From the NCBI GenBank assembly GCA_040216495.1, contig JAVJPA010000175.1, forward strand, positions 7,333 through 71,332: 64,000 nucleotides of DNA, given 5' to 3'. The notes below the pieces were generated by a model. That model had not been told where the DNA came from and did not search any database. It saw only the letters and a program-made list of their open reading frames with translations. Positions 1 through 8,043 of the stretch are shown here, piece after piece; position 1 is the first letter of the stretch; every line of letters begins with the position of its first letter. The position numbers and the translations under genes were made by a program. The stretch comes from Amphiplicatus sp. Its GTDB lineage: Bacteria; Pseudomonadota; Alphaproteobacteria; Caulobacterales; Parvularculaceae.

Positions 1-2
1 GC

Positions 3-1061
3 CTTTCCGGCGAAGTGATCGCGTTCGAGCCGAGCCGGCGAGAGTCGTCGACCCTTCAGAGAAACATCGCCGTCAACAAGCTCGCCAATGTAGCAGCGTT
101 TCAGCTCGCTGTCGGCGAAACCGACGGAAAAGGCACGCTGCACATCGCTGAAGACCGATACGACGGACACAACGCCCTTAACGGCCTTTCGTTCCAATCC
201 AAGCCCCCGAACCTCCGTTACACGACCGACCGCACAAACTTTCACTGGACCTCGTTCAACGGACAACGCGCGATAATCGATATCGGCGAAACCGACCAAT
301 TGGAGTTGCTGATCTACAGCGACTCGCCGTTCGAGTTCGACTTGCTCGGCGTTAGCGTTGACGCTGGCGAAGCGCGCCTCTCGCCATGGGCTGTCGATTC
401 GACCGGAGAAACGCCTGCAAGGACGCCGGCAGGGCTCGATTTTAGCGCATCGAACGCATTGATGACGACTTATGGCGGACTGAGTTTGCAGGAAGCCGGC
501 GGCGGCTTGCGCGTCATCGCGCCCGAACGATCAGGCGTCGCTTTCCGTTGGCGCATCGCGCCCAAGGCGCCGGTCAGGATCCTTGTAGACGGCAGGCTGC
601 CGTCCGACGCGCCCATCGAAAAACAGTCCGTCGAAATCGTCTCGCTCGACAGCTTCCTCGCCGGTCGGCCGCTCAAGTCGGTCGATGTGATCAAGCTCGA
701 CATAGAGGGTCACGAACTGCCGGCGCTCCTCGGCGCAAAAGGACTGATCGACAAATACAAGCCGCTGCTGATGATCGAGGTTGTGAACGATCTCGTCGCC
801 GGCAAAGGCGGCGCGCTTGAAGAGCTGTCGACTTTTCTGTCGAGCCGCGGCTACGCCTGCTTCGACGTCGTCAAAGGCAAGCCGCGCCCCGTCGACATCG
901 CTGGCGAGCACGGCTCGAACGTCATCGCCGCGCCGGAGCGTTTTCTTGACGCTGTGCTCACACTTGGCGGCCTTACGCGCGCAGACATGGCGACTGATAA
1001 GGCCGCCGGTTCTACGGCGCCGCAATCCAATAAGTCGAATCAGGTTCGCAAGAGCGCCTGA
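3..1061 (+). CDS. FkbM-family SAM-dependent methyltransferase, 5'-truncated by the window edge, with a ~140-aa insertion
   Basis: Motifs IAFEP..N...N..V....AVG and V.IVSLD....VDVIKLDIEGHE..L.GA; the frame is open from base 3. Confidence 0.85.
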   Translation, partial: LSGEVIAFEPSRRESSTLQRNIAVNKLANVAAFQLAVGETDGKGTLHIAEDRYDGHNALNGLSFQSKPPNLRYTTDRTNFHWTSFNGQRAIIDIGETDQLELLIYSDSPFEFDLLGVSVDAGEARLSPWAVDSTGETPARTPAGLDFSASNALMTTYGGLSLQEAGGGLRVIAPERSGVAFRWRIAPKAPVRILVDGRLPSDAPIEKQSVEIVSLDSFLAGRPLKSVDVIKLDIEGHELPALLGAKGLIDKYKPLLMIEVVNDLVAGKGGALEELSTFLSSRGYACFDVVKGKPRPVDIAGEHGSNVIAAPERFLDAVLTLGGLTRADMATDKAAGSTAPQSNKSNQVRKSA

Positions 1062-1253
1062 CCAGGGCGAATCAGCTCCATTCGACCGGCCGCAGCGCGG
1101 GAAATCCCCCCATTCCGGGGCTTGCCTAAAGACCTTTCTCGTTCCACCCGTTTATGGTTACAGAAGAGCCCGAACGCGCCGGGTCGTACCGGCCGCCTAG
1201 GGCGAAATCCGATCAAGCGGACTCCGGCTGGTCGACGATTTCGTCCTAAAACC

Positions 1254-1259
1254 TATAAT
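1254..1259 (+). promoter_or_regulatory. Possible sigma70 -10 hexamer upstream of the asnB-asnB-GT-GT operon
   Basis: Perfect TATAAT in a high-GC intergenic region about 60 nt upstream of the ATG at 1319; no convincing -35. Confidence 0.35.
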
Positions 1260-1318
1260 TGAGCAAGCGCCGCGCGCCGACGCGCGGAACTTGCTCCAGC
1301 AGCAAAGAGAGCGGCTTC

Positions 1319-3316
1319 ATGTGCGGCATTGTCGGGGCGTATCACCCAACTCGCGACGGCGGCGCGGTCTCGCTCGATATTCTGGCGCGGATGCGCGACG
1401 CCATGGCCCATCGCGGCCCTGACGGAGTCGGCGAATGGCGCTCGGAGAACGGGCGCTGCTCCTTCGGCCACCGACGGCTCTCGATTATCGACCTGTCGAC
1501 CGACGCCAACCAGCCGATGCTGAGCGCCGACGGCAAGATCGCCGTCGTCTTCAACGGCGAGATCTACAATCACGCCGACATCAGAAAAGAACTCGAAGCG
1601 CTCGGCAAATATCAATTCCGCACCGACCATTCGGACACGGAAGTGCTGCTCTACGCCTACGCAGAATGGGGCAAGGCGTTCGTGCACAAGATGTACGGCA
1701 TGTTCGCCATCGCCATCTACGACGCGCGCGACGCCGGCAACCCCGTCATGCACTTCATCCGCGACCGGATCGGCGTCAAGCCGCTGTATTTCACGCGCAC
1801 CCGGAAAGGCGAGTGGCTGTTCGCTTCCGAGATCAAGGCGATCCTCGAACATCCCGACGTTCCGCGCGAGATGGACCCGCTCGCCTTCAATCACTATCTG
1901 TCTTTCATCGTCGCGCCGGCGCCGATGACCATGTTCAAGGGGATTTTCAAGCTCCCCGCCGGCTACTGGGCGACGATTCATCCGAACGGACGCGCGGGCG
2001 CCGAACAATACTGGAACTGCGCGCCCGACGCCGCCGATCTCTATACGGAGAAAGAACTTCCGTTCGACGACGCCGTCGAGGAGCTGACGCGGCTTTTAAA
2101 GCTCGCCGTGAAGCGCCGCATGGTCTCCGACGTGCCGTTCGGCGCGTTGCTATCCGGCGGCGTCGATTCGAGCATTAACGTCGCGCTGATGGCCGAGCTG
2201 ATGGACCGGCCGGTGACGACCTTCACGGTCGGCTATGAAAGCTACGGCGAATTCAACGAATACGACTACGCCAAGCGCGTCGTCGACCGCTACAAGACCG
2301 ACCATCACGAGACGCGCATCGATTCGCGCGAGGCGCTGAACTTCCTGCCGAAGCTCGTTCAGTATCAGGACGAGCCGATCGCCGACAATGTCTGCATCCC
2401 GCTGTATTTCCTAGCCCGCCTTGTAAAACAGGCCGGCACGACGGTCGTGCAGGTCGGCGAAGGCGCCGACGAGAACTTCCTCGGCTACTGGTGGTGCGAC
2501 CATTACCGGAACAAGGCCGAGACGATCTACGATCCGATGCGCAAGGGCGCGCGCAATTCGCATTTCAACGCGCTGCTCGCCCGCCGCGACGGAACGACCG
2601 AGGATCAGGAGATCGCCGAACGCGCCCGGCGCGGCAAGGAGCTCTTCTGGGGCGGCGCGGCCTGCTGGTGGGGCGGCATGCGCGAGATGCTCACTCCCGA
2701 CCTCAAGGCGTTCGACTTCCGCGTCGACTGCCCGATAGAGGGCCTGATGCCGGAGTCGCACCAGTCGACCGACAGCCACGCCATTGTCGCTGAATATCTG
2801 GGACCGCTCGCCGGCAAGCTGAACGACCCGGAAGTGCTGCAGAAAATTCCGTATATGGAATTGAAACTGCGCCTGCCTGAACACCTGCTGATGCGCGTCG
2901 ACAAGATGACCATGGCGCATTCGGTCGAGGCGCGCGTGCCGTTTCTCGACCACGATGTCGTGGAGTTCGCCCGGCGCTGCCCTGCGGACTACAAACTGAA
3001 AGACGGCGTCGGCAAGAAGATCCTCAAGAAGGCCGCCGAACCCTATGTGGACGAGGATATGCTGTACCGGCGCAAACAGGGCTTCGGCGCGCCGATCGAC
3101 CGCTGGTTCCAGGAGCGCGAGTTCGGCCCCAAGACCCTGTCGCTTTTCAACCGGTCGGAGATCAAGAAGGCCGGCTATTTCGACAACCGCTATGTCGAGG
3201 ATCTCCTGAAAGCGCAAATCTCCGGCAAGTCGAATTACGGCTTCCACCTTTGGACCGTGCTCAATGCAGTGCTGTGGCATGAGCACTGGATCGGCGGGGG
3301 ACTCGCCGATTTCTAG
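1319..3316 (+). CDS. asnB: Asparagine synthase (glutamine-hydrolysing)-like amidotransferase 1
   Basis: N-terminal MCGI (Ntn Cys2), HRGPD, GHRRLSIIDL, FNGEIYN, DRIGVKPLY, LSGGVDSS, GEGADE, RVDKMTMAHSVEARVPFLD; start moved to the ATG at 1319. Confidence 0.93.
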   Translation: MCGIVGAYHPTRDGGAVSLDILARMRDAMAHRGPDGVGEWRSENGRCSFGHRRLSIIDLSTDANQPMLSADGKIAVVFNGEIYNHADIRKELEALGKYQFRTDHSDTEVLLYAYAEWGKAFVHKMYGMFAIAIYDARDAGNPVMHFIRDRIGVKPLYFTRTRKGEWLFASEIKAILEHPDVPREMDPLAFNHYLSFIVAPAPMTMFKGIFKLPAGYWATIHPNGRAGAEQYWNCAPDAADLYTEKELPFDDAVEELTRLLKLAVKRRMVSDVPFGALLSGGVDSSINVALMAELMDRPVTTFTVGYESYGEFNEYDYAKRVVDRYKTDHHETRIDSREALNFLPKLVQYQDEPIADNVCIPLYFLARLVKQAGTTVVQVGEGADENFLGYWWCDHYRNKAETIYDPMRKGARNSHFNALLARRDGTTEDQEIAERARRGKELFWGGAACWWGGMREMLTPDLKAFDFRVDCPIEGLMPESHQSTDSHAIVAEYLGPLAGKLNDPEVLQKIPYMELKLRLPEHLLMRVDKMTMAHSVEARVPFLDHDVVEFARRCPADYKLKDGVGKKILKKAAEPYVDEDMLYRRKQGFGAPIDRWFQEREFGPKTLSLFNRSEIKKAGYFDNRYVEDLLKAQISGKSNYGFHLWTVLNAVLWHEHWIGGGLADF

Positions 3317-3331
3317 CGCGCGGACAATCCG

Positions 3332-5284
3332 ATGTGCGGCGTAGTCGCGATCTTCAAGCGGCGCGGGGGAAAGCCCCTTCCCTCGCTTGAGGCCGTCGAC
3401 GCAATGACGACGGCGCTCGCCCACCGCGGGCCTGACGCGGCGGCGCGCGGCTATTACGGCGAGGGGCGCATCGCTTTCGGCCACCGGCGCCTTTCCATCG
3501 TCAATCTCGGCGAAGACGCCGACCAGCCGATGAGCGATGCGGCGGGCCGCGTCACGCTCGTCTTCAACGGCGAGATTTACAATCACCGCGCTCTGCGCCG
3601 CGAGCTCGAGGCGGAAGGACGCATCTTCCGCACCCGGAACTCCGACACGGAAGTCATTGTCGAGGGCTATCTCGCCTGGGGCTGGGAAAAGCTCCTGAAC
3701 CGGCTGTACGGCATGTTCGCCATCGTCCTGTGGGACGACCGCGAACGGCGTCTCTACGCCGTGCGCGACCGGCTCGGGATCAAGCCGCTTTACTACGCCG
3801 AGATAGACGGACAGCTTGTTTTCGCCTCCGAGATCAAGGCGATCGCAAAGCATCCGGGCTTTTCCGCGCGCATGAACGATGCGGCGTTCTTCGACATTCT
3901 GAACGTGCTGGCGACGCCGGCGCCGCAAACGCTGTTCGACGGCGTCTTCAAGCTCGGCCTCGGCGAAACGCTCGTCGCCGGCGAGGACGGCGACATCGTC
4001 AAGCGCCGCTTCTGGTCGCTTCCCGCCGCGCCCGGAGCGGCGCCGAAAAGCCGCGCCGAAGCGGTCGAGCGCATCCGGGAGCTGGCGCAGGGCGCGGTGA
4101 AGGCGCGCCTTGTCGAGGAAGTGGAGGCAGGCGTTTTTCTTTCGGGCGGCGTCGATTCGAGCTTCGTGCTCGGCGCGGCGGCGAACGCGGGCGCCCGGCT
4201 CAAAGCGTTCACCGCCGGCTATGTGGGCGATCCGCTCAACGAGGCCGAACCCGCCGCCGAGATCGCAAAGCATTTCGGCTGCGAGCACCACGTCATCGAG
4301 GTCGAAGAGACGAAGGCGATGGCGGCGACCCTGCGGCTGATGGCCGACATGGACGAGCCGATCGCCGACTGGGCGTGCATTCCGTTGCAGTTCCTCAGCG
4401 CCGCGATGCGCGAGATGGGGATCAAGGTCGGCCTTGTCGGCGAAGGCGCCGACGAATTGTTCTGCGGCTATGACGCCTGGCGCGATTTCATCCATGAAGA
4501 CGGGCGCTGGCGGGCGCTCGCGAAGGGCGGCGACGGCGCCGGTTTTCTCGCCGATCTCGTCGCCAGAATGGCGCCCGCCTCGCGCTTCGGCCTCGCCGGC
4601 GCCGCCGACATGGCGGGGCAAGTCGCCCGCGGGCGCGGGCGCTTCCGTTCCGGCGCGGAATCGATGCGGCCTATTCAAGCGGCGCGGCTATTGAAGCAGG
4701 ACTGGCGCGCGCGCGCGCCGGTGCGCGATCCTGCGTCAAAGGAGCTTTTCGAACCGGATCTTGCGCTGCGCCTCGCCGCTGCTTCCGGCGCGTGGCCTGA
4801 CAGCGCCGCGACGCCGGCGGAGATATTCCGCAACCTGAGACGGCGCGATCTCGGCTTCCGCCTGCCGGAGCTTCTTCTCATGCGCGTCGACAAGGTGACG
4901 ATGGGCTCGTCCATCGAGGCGCGCGTTCCGTTTCTCGATCACTATCTCGTCGAGTATGTAATGAGCTTGCCCGAAGACATCGTGCTCGAAGGCGGCGGCT
5001 CGAAACCGCTCCTGAAAGAGGCGGTGTCCGCCATCCTTCCGCCCTCGGTGCTGCAAAGAAAGAAGATCGGTCTCGGCGCGCCGATGGCGAAATGGCTGCG
5101 CGGCGATTTCGGGAATGAAGTGCGCGCGCTGATCGACGACGAACTCGCCGACAAGGAAACGCCGTTCGACGCGGCGCGCGTCGCGGCGCTGTACGACCGC
5201 CACCGCGCGGGCGAGCGCGACTATTCCTCCTATATCTGGCCGGTGGTGAACATTGCGCTGTGGCGCAGGAAGTGGCTCGCGTGA
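3332..5284 (+). CDS. asnB: Asparagine synthase (glutamine-hydrolysing)-like amidotransferase 2
   Basis: MCGV, HRGPD, GHRRLSIV, FNGEIYN, DRLGIKPLYY, LSGGVDSS, GEGADELFCGY, RVDKVTMGSSIEARVPFLD. Confidence 0.93.
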   Translation: MCGVVAIFKRRGGKPLPSLEAVDAMTTALAHRGPDAAARGYYGEGRIAFGHRRLSIVNLGEDADQPMSDAAGRVTLVFNGEIYNHRALRRELEAEGRIFRTRNSDTEVIVEGYLAWGWEKLLNRLYGMFAIVLWDDRERRLYAVRDRLGIKPLYYAEIDGQLVFASEIKAIAKHPGFSARMNDAAFFDILNVLATPAPQTLFDGVFKLGLGETLVAGEDGDIVKRRFWSLPAAPGAAPKSRAEAVERIRELAQGAVKARLVEEVEAGVFLSGGVDSSFVLGAAANAGARLKAFTAGYVGDPLNEAEPAAEIAKHFGCEHHVIEVEETKAMAATLRLMADMDEPIADWACIPLQFLSAAMREMGIKVGLVGEGADELFCGYDAWRDFIHEDGRWRALAKGGDGAGFLADLVARMAPASRFGLAGAADMAGQVARGRGRFRSGAESMRPIQAARLLKQDWRARAPVRDPASKELFEPDLALRLAAASGAWPDSAATPAEIFRNLRRRDLGFRLPELLLMRVDKVTMGSSIEARVPFLDHYLVEYVMSLPEDIVLEGGGSKPLLKEAVSAILPPSVLQRKKIGLGAPMAKWLRGDFGNEVRALIDDELADKETPFDAARVAALYDRHRAGERDYSSYIWPVVNIALWRRKWLA

Positions 5285-6876
5285 GCGGGAAGAAACTTGA
5301 ACTCGTGCTCGCCCTCGACGGGCGCAGCATTCCGCCCGAGGGTTGGACGCGGGCGCTGTTTCAGGACGCGCTGAAAGAGCTGAAAGCATTTCGCGGGCTA
5401 GCGGGTTGGCGCGCCGTGCGTCTTGTCGTCGACAATCCAAAAGCTGTGCCGCAGCCGGCCAAGACGGCGCTGGCGCTTCTCCTTCTCTCGCCTTCGAGCG
5501 CCGAAATCGTTTCCGCCAATGGCGAAATCCGACGTCGCATAACTTTCGCTGACATTTTCAGCGAGGCTGTCGACGGCGCGCGCTCCAGGGATGCGCACCT
5601 GAAGGCGATGAAGGAGCTTTTCGCCTGGCTCGACGCCTCGCCGGTCCGGCAGGAGAGCTATGCGCCCGCCGCGGGCGCGCCGATGGCGCTGCGTACAGGC
5701 CTCTGGTTCGGCGCCAAGGTCGGCGGCGCGTTTTCTCATGCGGCCGGCATTATCAATGCGATCCACGATGTTTTCGGCGCGGTCGATCTTCTCGCGACGG
5801 ACAGCGTGCCTTGTCTCAGGCCGGAAATCGTCTCCAAGCGCATCGATCTTGCGCAGGTAAAAGGCTGGAACACTGGCGTCGGGGTTCATTTCGCCGCCAA
5901 TGACGGACTTCTGGCCGAGGCTGAACGCCTTTCCGCGTCGCATGCGCCCGCCTTCATTTATCAGCGCGGCGGACTCGGCGATCTCAGCGGGCTCAGGCTT
6001 GCGCGCCAGTATCGCCGGCCTTTCGTACTTGAGTATAACGGGCCGGAAGTCTGGGTCGCCGACAATTGGGGCGACGGCATTCCTTACAAGGAAGAATTCC
6101 AGCGCGTCGAGACCGAACTGCTGCGCCGCGCAGATATCGTTCTCGCGGTGAGCGCGCCGCTGGTCGAGGACGCGGTCAACCGCGGGGCCGACGCGAGCCG
6201 GGTTCTACTTTCGCCCAACGCCGTCGATCCCGAGCGGTTCAATCCTGATATAGACGGCGCGACGGCGCAGGCTAAATACGGGTTCGGCGCGCGCCGCGCC
6301 GCCCTCCTTCTCTCCAGTTTCGGGCCGTGGCACGGCGTTGAGAAAGCGGTCGAGGCTTACGCGGCGCTGCTGAAACGGCGGCCGGAACTCGCCGCCGAAA
6401 CGACGCTCGTCCTCGCAGGCCACGGGCAAGGCCACGCCGCTGCGCAAAAGCAGGCGCAGGCTGCCGGGCTCAGGGCGGGCGAAACCGTCATCTTCACCTC
6501 CGTCATCCCCTCGGAAGAAGCGCCGGCGCTGATGGCGGCGTCGGAAATCCTGCTTTCTCCGCAAACGGAGAACCCGGACGGCAGCGTCTTCTTCGGCTCG
6601 CCGACCAAGATATTCGAGTATATGGCGATGGCCCGTCCGATCATCGCCAGCCGTCTCGCCCAGATCGGCGAAGTGCTGGAGCACGAAAGGACGGCGCTGC
6701 TGGTTCCGCCCGGCGACGCGCAAGCGCTCAGCGCCGCGCTTGAGCGCGCCTTCACGCAGCCTGAAAGCGTCGCCGCTTTCGGCCCCGCGGCGCGCGCCGA
6801 GGCGATCCGCGCTCATAGCTGGACGGCGCGCATCGAAGAATTGCGCGCGGGGCTTGCGCGCCTCGGGGCGCTGTAG
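5281..6876 (+). CDS. GT4 (GT-B) glycosyltransferase with N-terminal extension
   Basis: FGSPTKIFEYMAMARPIIASRLAQIGEVL, NAVDPERF, WHGVEK; GTG start overlaps the asnB stop (GTGA). Confidence 0.88.
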   Translation: MSGKKLELVLALDGRSIPPEGWTRALFQDALKELKAFRGLAGWRAVRLVVDNPKAVPQPAKTALALLLLSPSSAEIVSANGEIRRRITFADIFSEAVDGARSRDAHLKAMKELFAWLDASPVRQESYAPAAGAPMALRTGLWFGAKVGGAFSHAAGIINAIHDVFGAVDLLATDSVPCLRPEIVSKRIDLAQVKGWNTGVGVHFAANDGLLAEAERLSASHAPAFIYQRGGLGDLSGLRLARQYRRPFVLEYNGPEVWVADNWGDGIPYKEEFQRVETELLRRADIVLAVSAPLVEDAVNRGADASRVLLSPNAVDPERFNPDIDGATAQAKYGFGARRAALLLSSFGPWHGVEKAVEAYAALLKRRPELAAETTLVLAGHGQGHAAAQKQAQAAGLRAGETVIFTSVIPSEEAPALMAASEILLSPQTENPDGSVFFGSPTKIFEYMAMARPIIASRLAQIGEVLEHERTALLVPPGDAQALSAALERAFTQPESVAAFGPAARAEAIRAHSWTARIEELRAGLARLGAL

Positions 6877-8043
6877 ATGGCGAAGGGGTCGATCCTCATC
6901 GTCACCCGGCATTATCCGCCGGCGATCTCAGGCGGCGCGCGCCGTCCTTCCCTTCTCGCCGCCGGTCTGCGCGAACGCGGATGGACAGTGACCGTCGCCA
7001 GCCCGCAGGCGCCCGAAGGCGAGATAGGCTGGATCAAGACCCCTCACCCCGCCGGCGCGCGCGGCGAAGCGGCCGCAGCAGCAGGACCCGCTGCGCCGTC
7101 GCTGTTTGAAAAGATCAAATCCATCGCCCGCCGCTGGCTCTACTGGCCCGACGCCGACATGCGCTGGGCGCTCGCCGCCGCAGAGGCCGTGAAACGCGCA
7201 GGCGCAGCGCCTGACTGGATCGTGACGACGAGCCCGCCCGAGTCCGCGCACCTCGCCGGCCGCCTTATCCGGAAACAGACCGGCGCGCGCTGGCTCGCGG
7301 AAATGCGCGATAGCTGGATCGACGATCCGCTCCGGGAGGAATTGCGCGATTCAGCCTTGCGCCGGACGATAGAACGCCGCATGGCGCGCGCGCTTTTATC
7401 GAAAGCCGATCATATCGTCGCTGTCTCCGACGCCATCGCAGCGGAGGTTGAAGCCTTACGTCTTCGTCCCGCGCCGCCCGTCGCGACGATCGGCCATTTC
7501 GCCAGAGACTCCGCTGACGGGGAGCGATATGTTTTCGCGGGGCCCGGCCCGCATTTCGTCCACACCGGCCAGTTCTCGCTTTCACACGCCGAGCGCCGCC
7601 TCGACTTGCTGCTCGAAGGGTTCGCGCCTGTGGCTCGCGCCCTGCCGGAAGCAAGACTGCATCTGATCGGCCGCCTGACGCCGGAAGAACAGGCGCGGGC
7701 GAGCTCTTCGCCGCTCGCCGCGCAGATTGTCCGTCACGGCAATCTCCCCTATGCGCAAACGCTCGCCATGCAACAATCCGCAGACGGACTGATCCTGTTC
7801 CAGCAGGGAACGGCGGCGCTGCCGGGCAAGCTCAGCGAGTATCTGTTGATGACGGCTCCGATCCTTGTCGTCGGCGACGGCCCGTGGCGGGCGCGCCTTA
7901 CGGATATCTCTCACTGGCCGTTGGAGCGCGCGCAAGAAGCGCTGGCCGCACCGCGCCGCGCGCCGACGGATCATATGACTGCGGCGCTTGACCGCTACGA
8001 GGCGATTTTCGTCTCCGCTCTCCAAAAACCTAATGAGCGCTAG
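6877..8043 (+). CDS. GT4-like glycosyltransferase
   Basis: HYPPAISGGARR, YWPDADMRW, TTSPPESAHL, EMRDSW, LPGKLSEYL; starts immediately after the previous stop. Confidence 0.85.
   Translation: MAKGSILIVTRHYPPAISGGARRPSLLAAGLRERGWTVTVASPQAPEGEIGWIKTPHPAGARGEAAAAAGPAAPSLFEKIKSIARRWLYWPDADMRWALAAAEAVKRAGAAPDWIVTTSPPESAHLAGRLIRKQTGARWLAEMRDSWIDDPLREELRDSALRRTIERRMARALLSKADHIVAVSDAIAAEVEALRLRPAPPVATIGHFARDSADGERYVFAGPGPHFVHTGQFSLSHAERRLDLLLEGFAPVARALPEARLHLIGRLTPEEQARASSSPLAAQIVRHGNLPYAQTLAMQQSADGLILFQQGTAALPGKLSEYLLMTAPILVVGDGPWRARLTDISHWPLERAQEALAAPRRAPTDHMTAALDRYEAIFVSALQKPNER

Noticed and set aside
2411-4678. 755-aa antisense ORF
   Set aside because: Shadow of the two asnB genes; high-GC codon bias suppresses stops on the opposite strand, and no motifs are recognisable.
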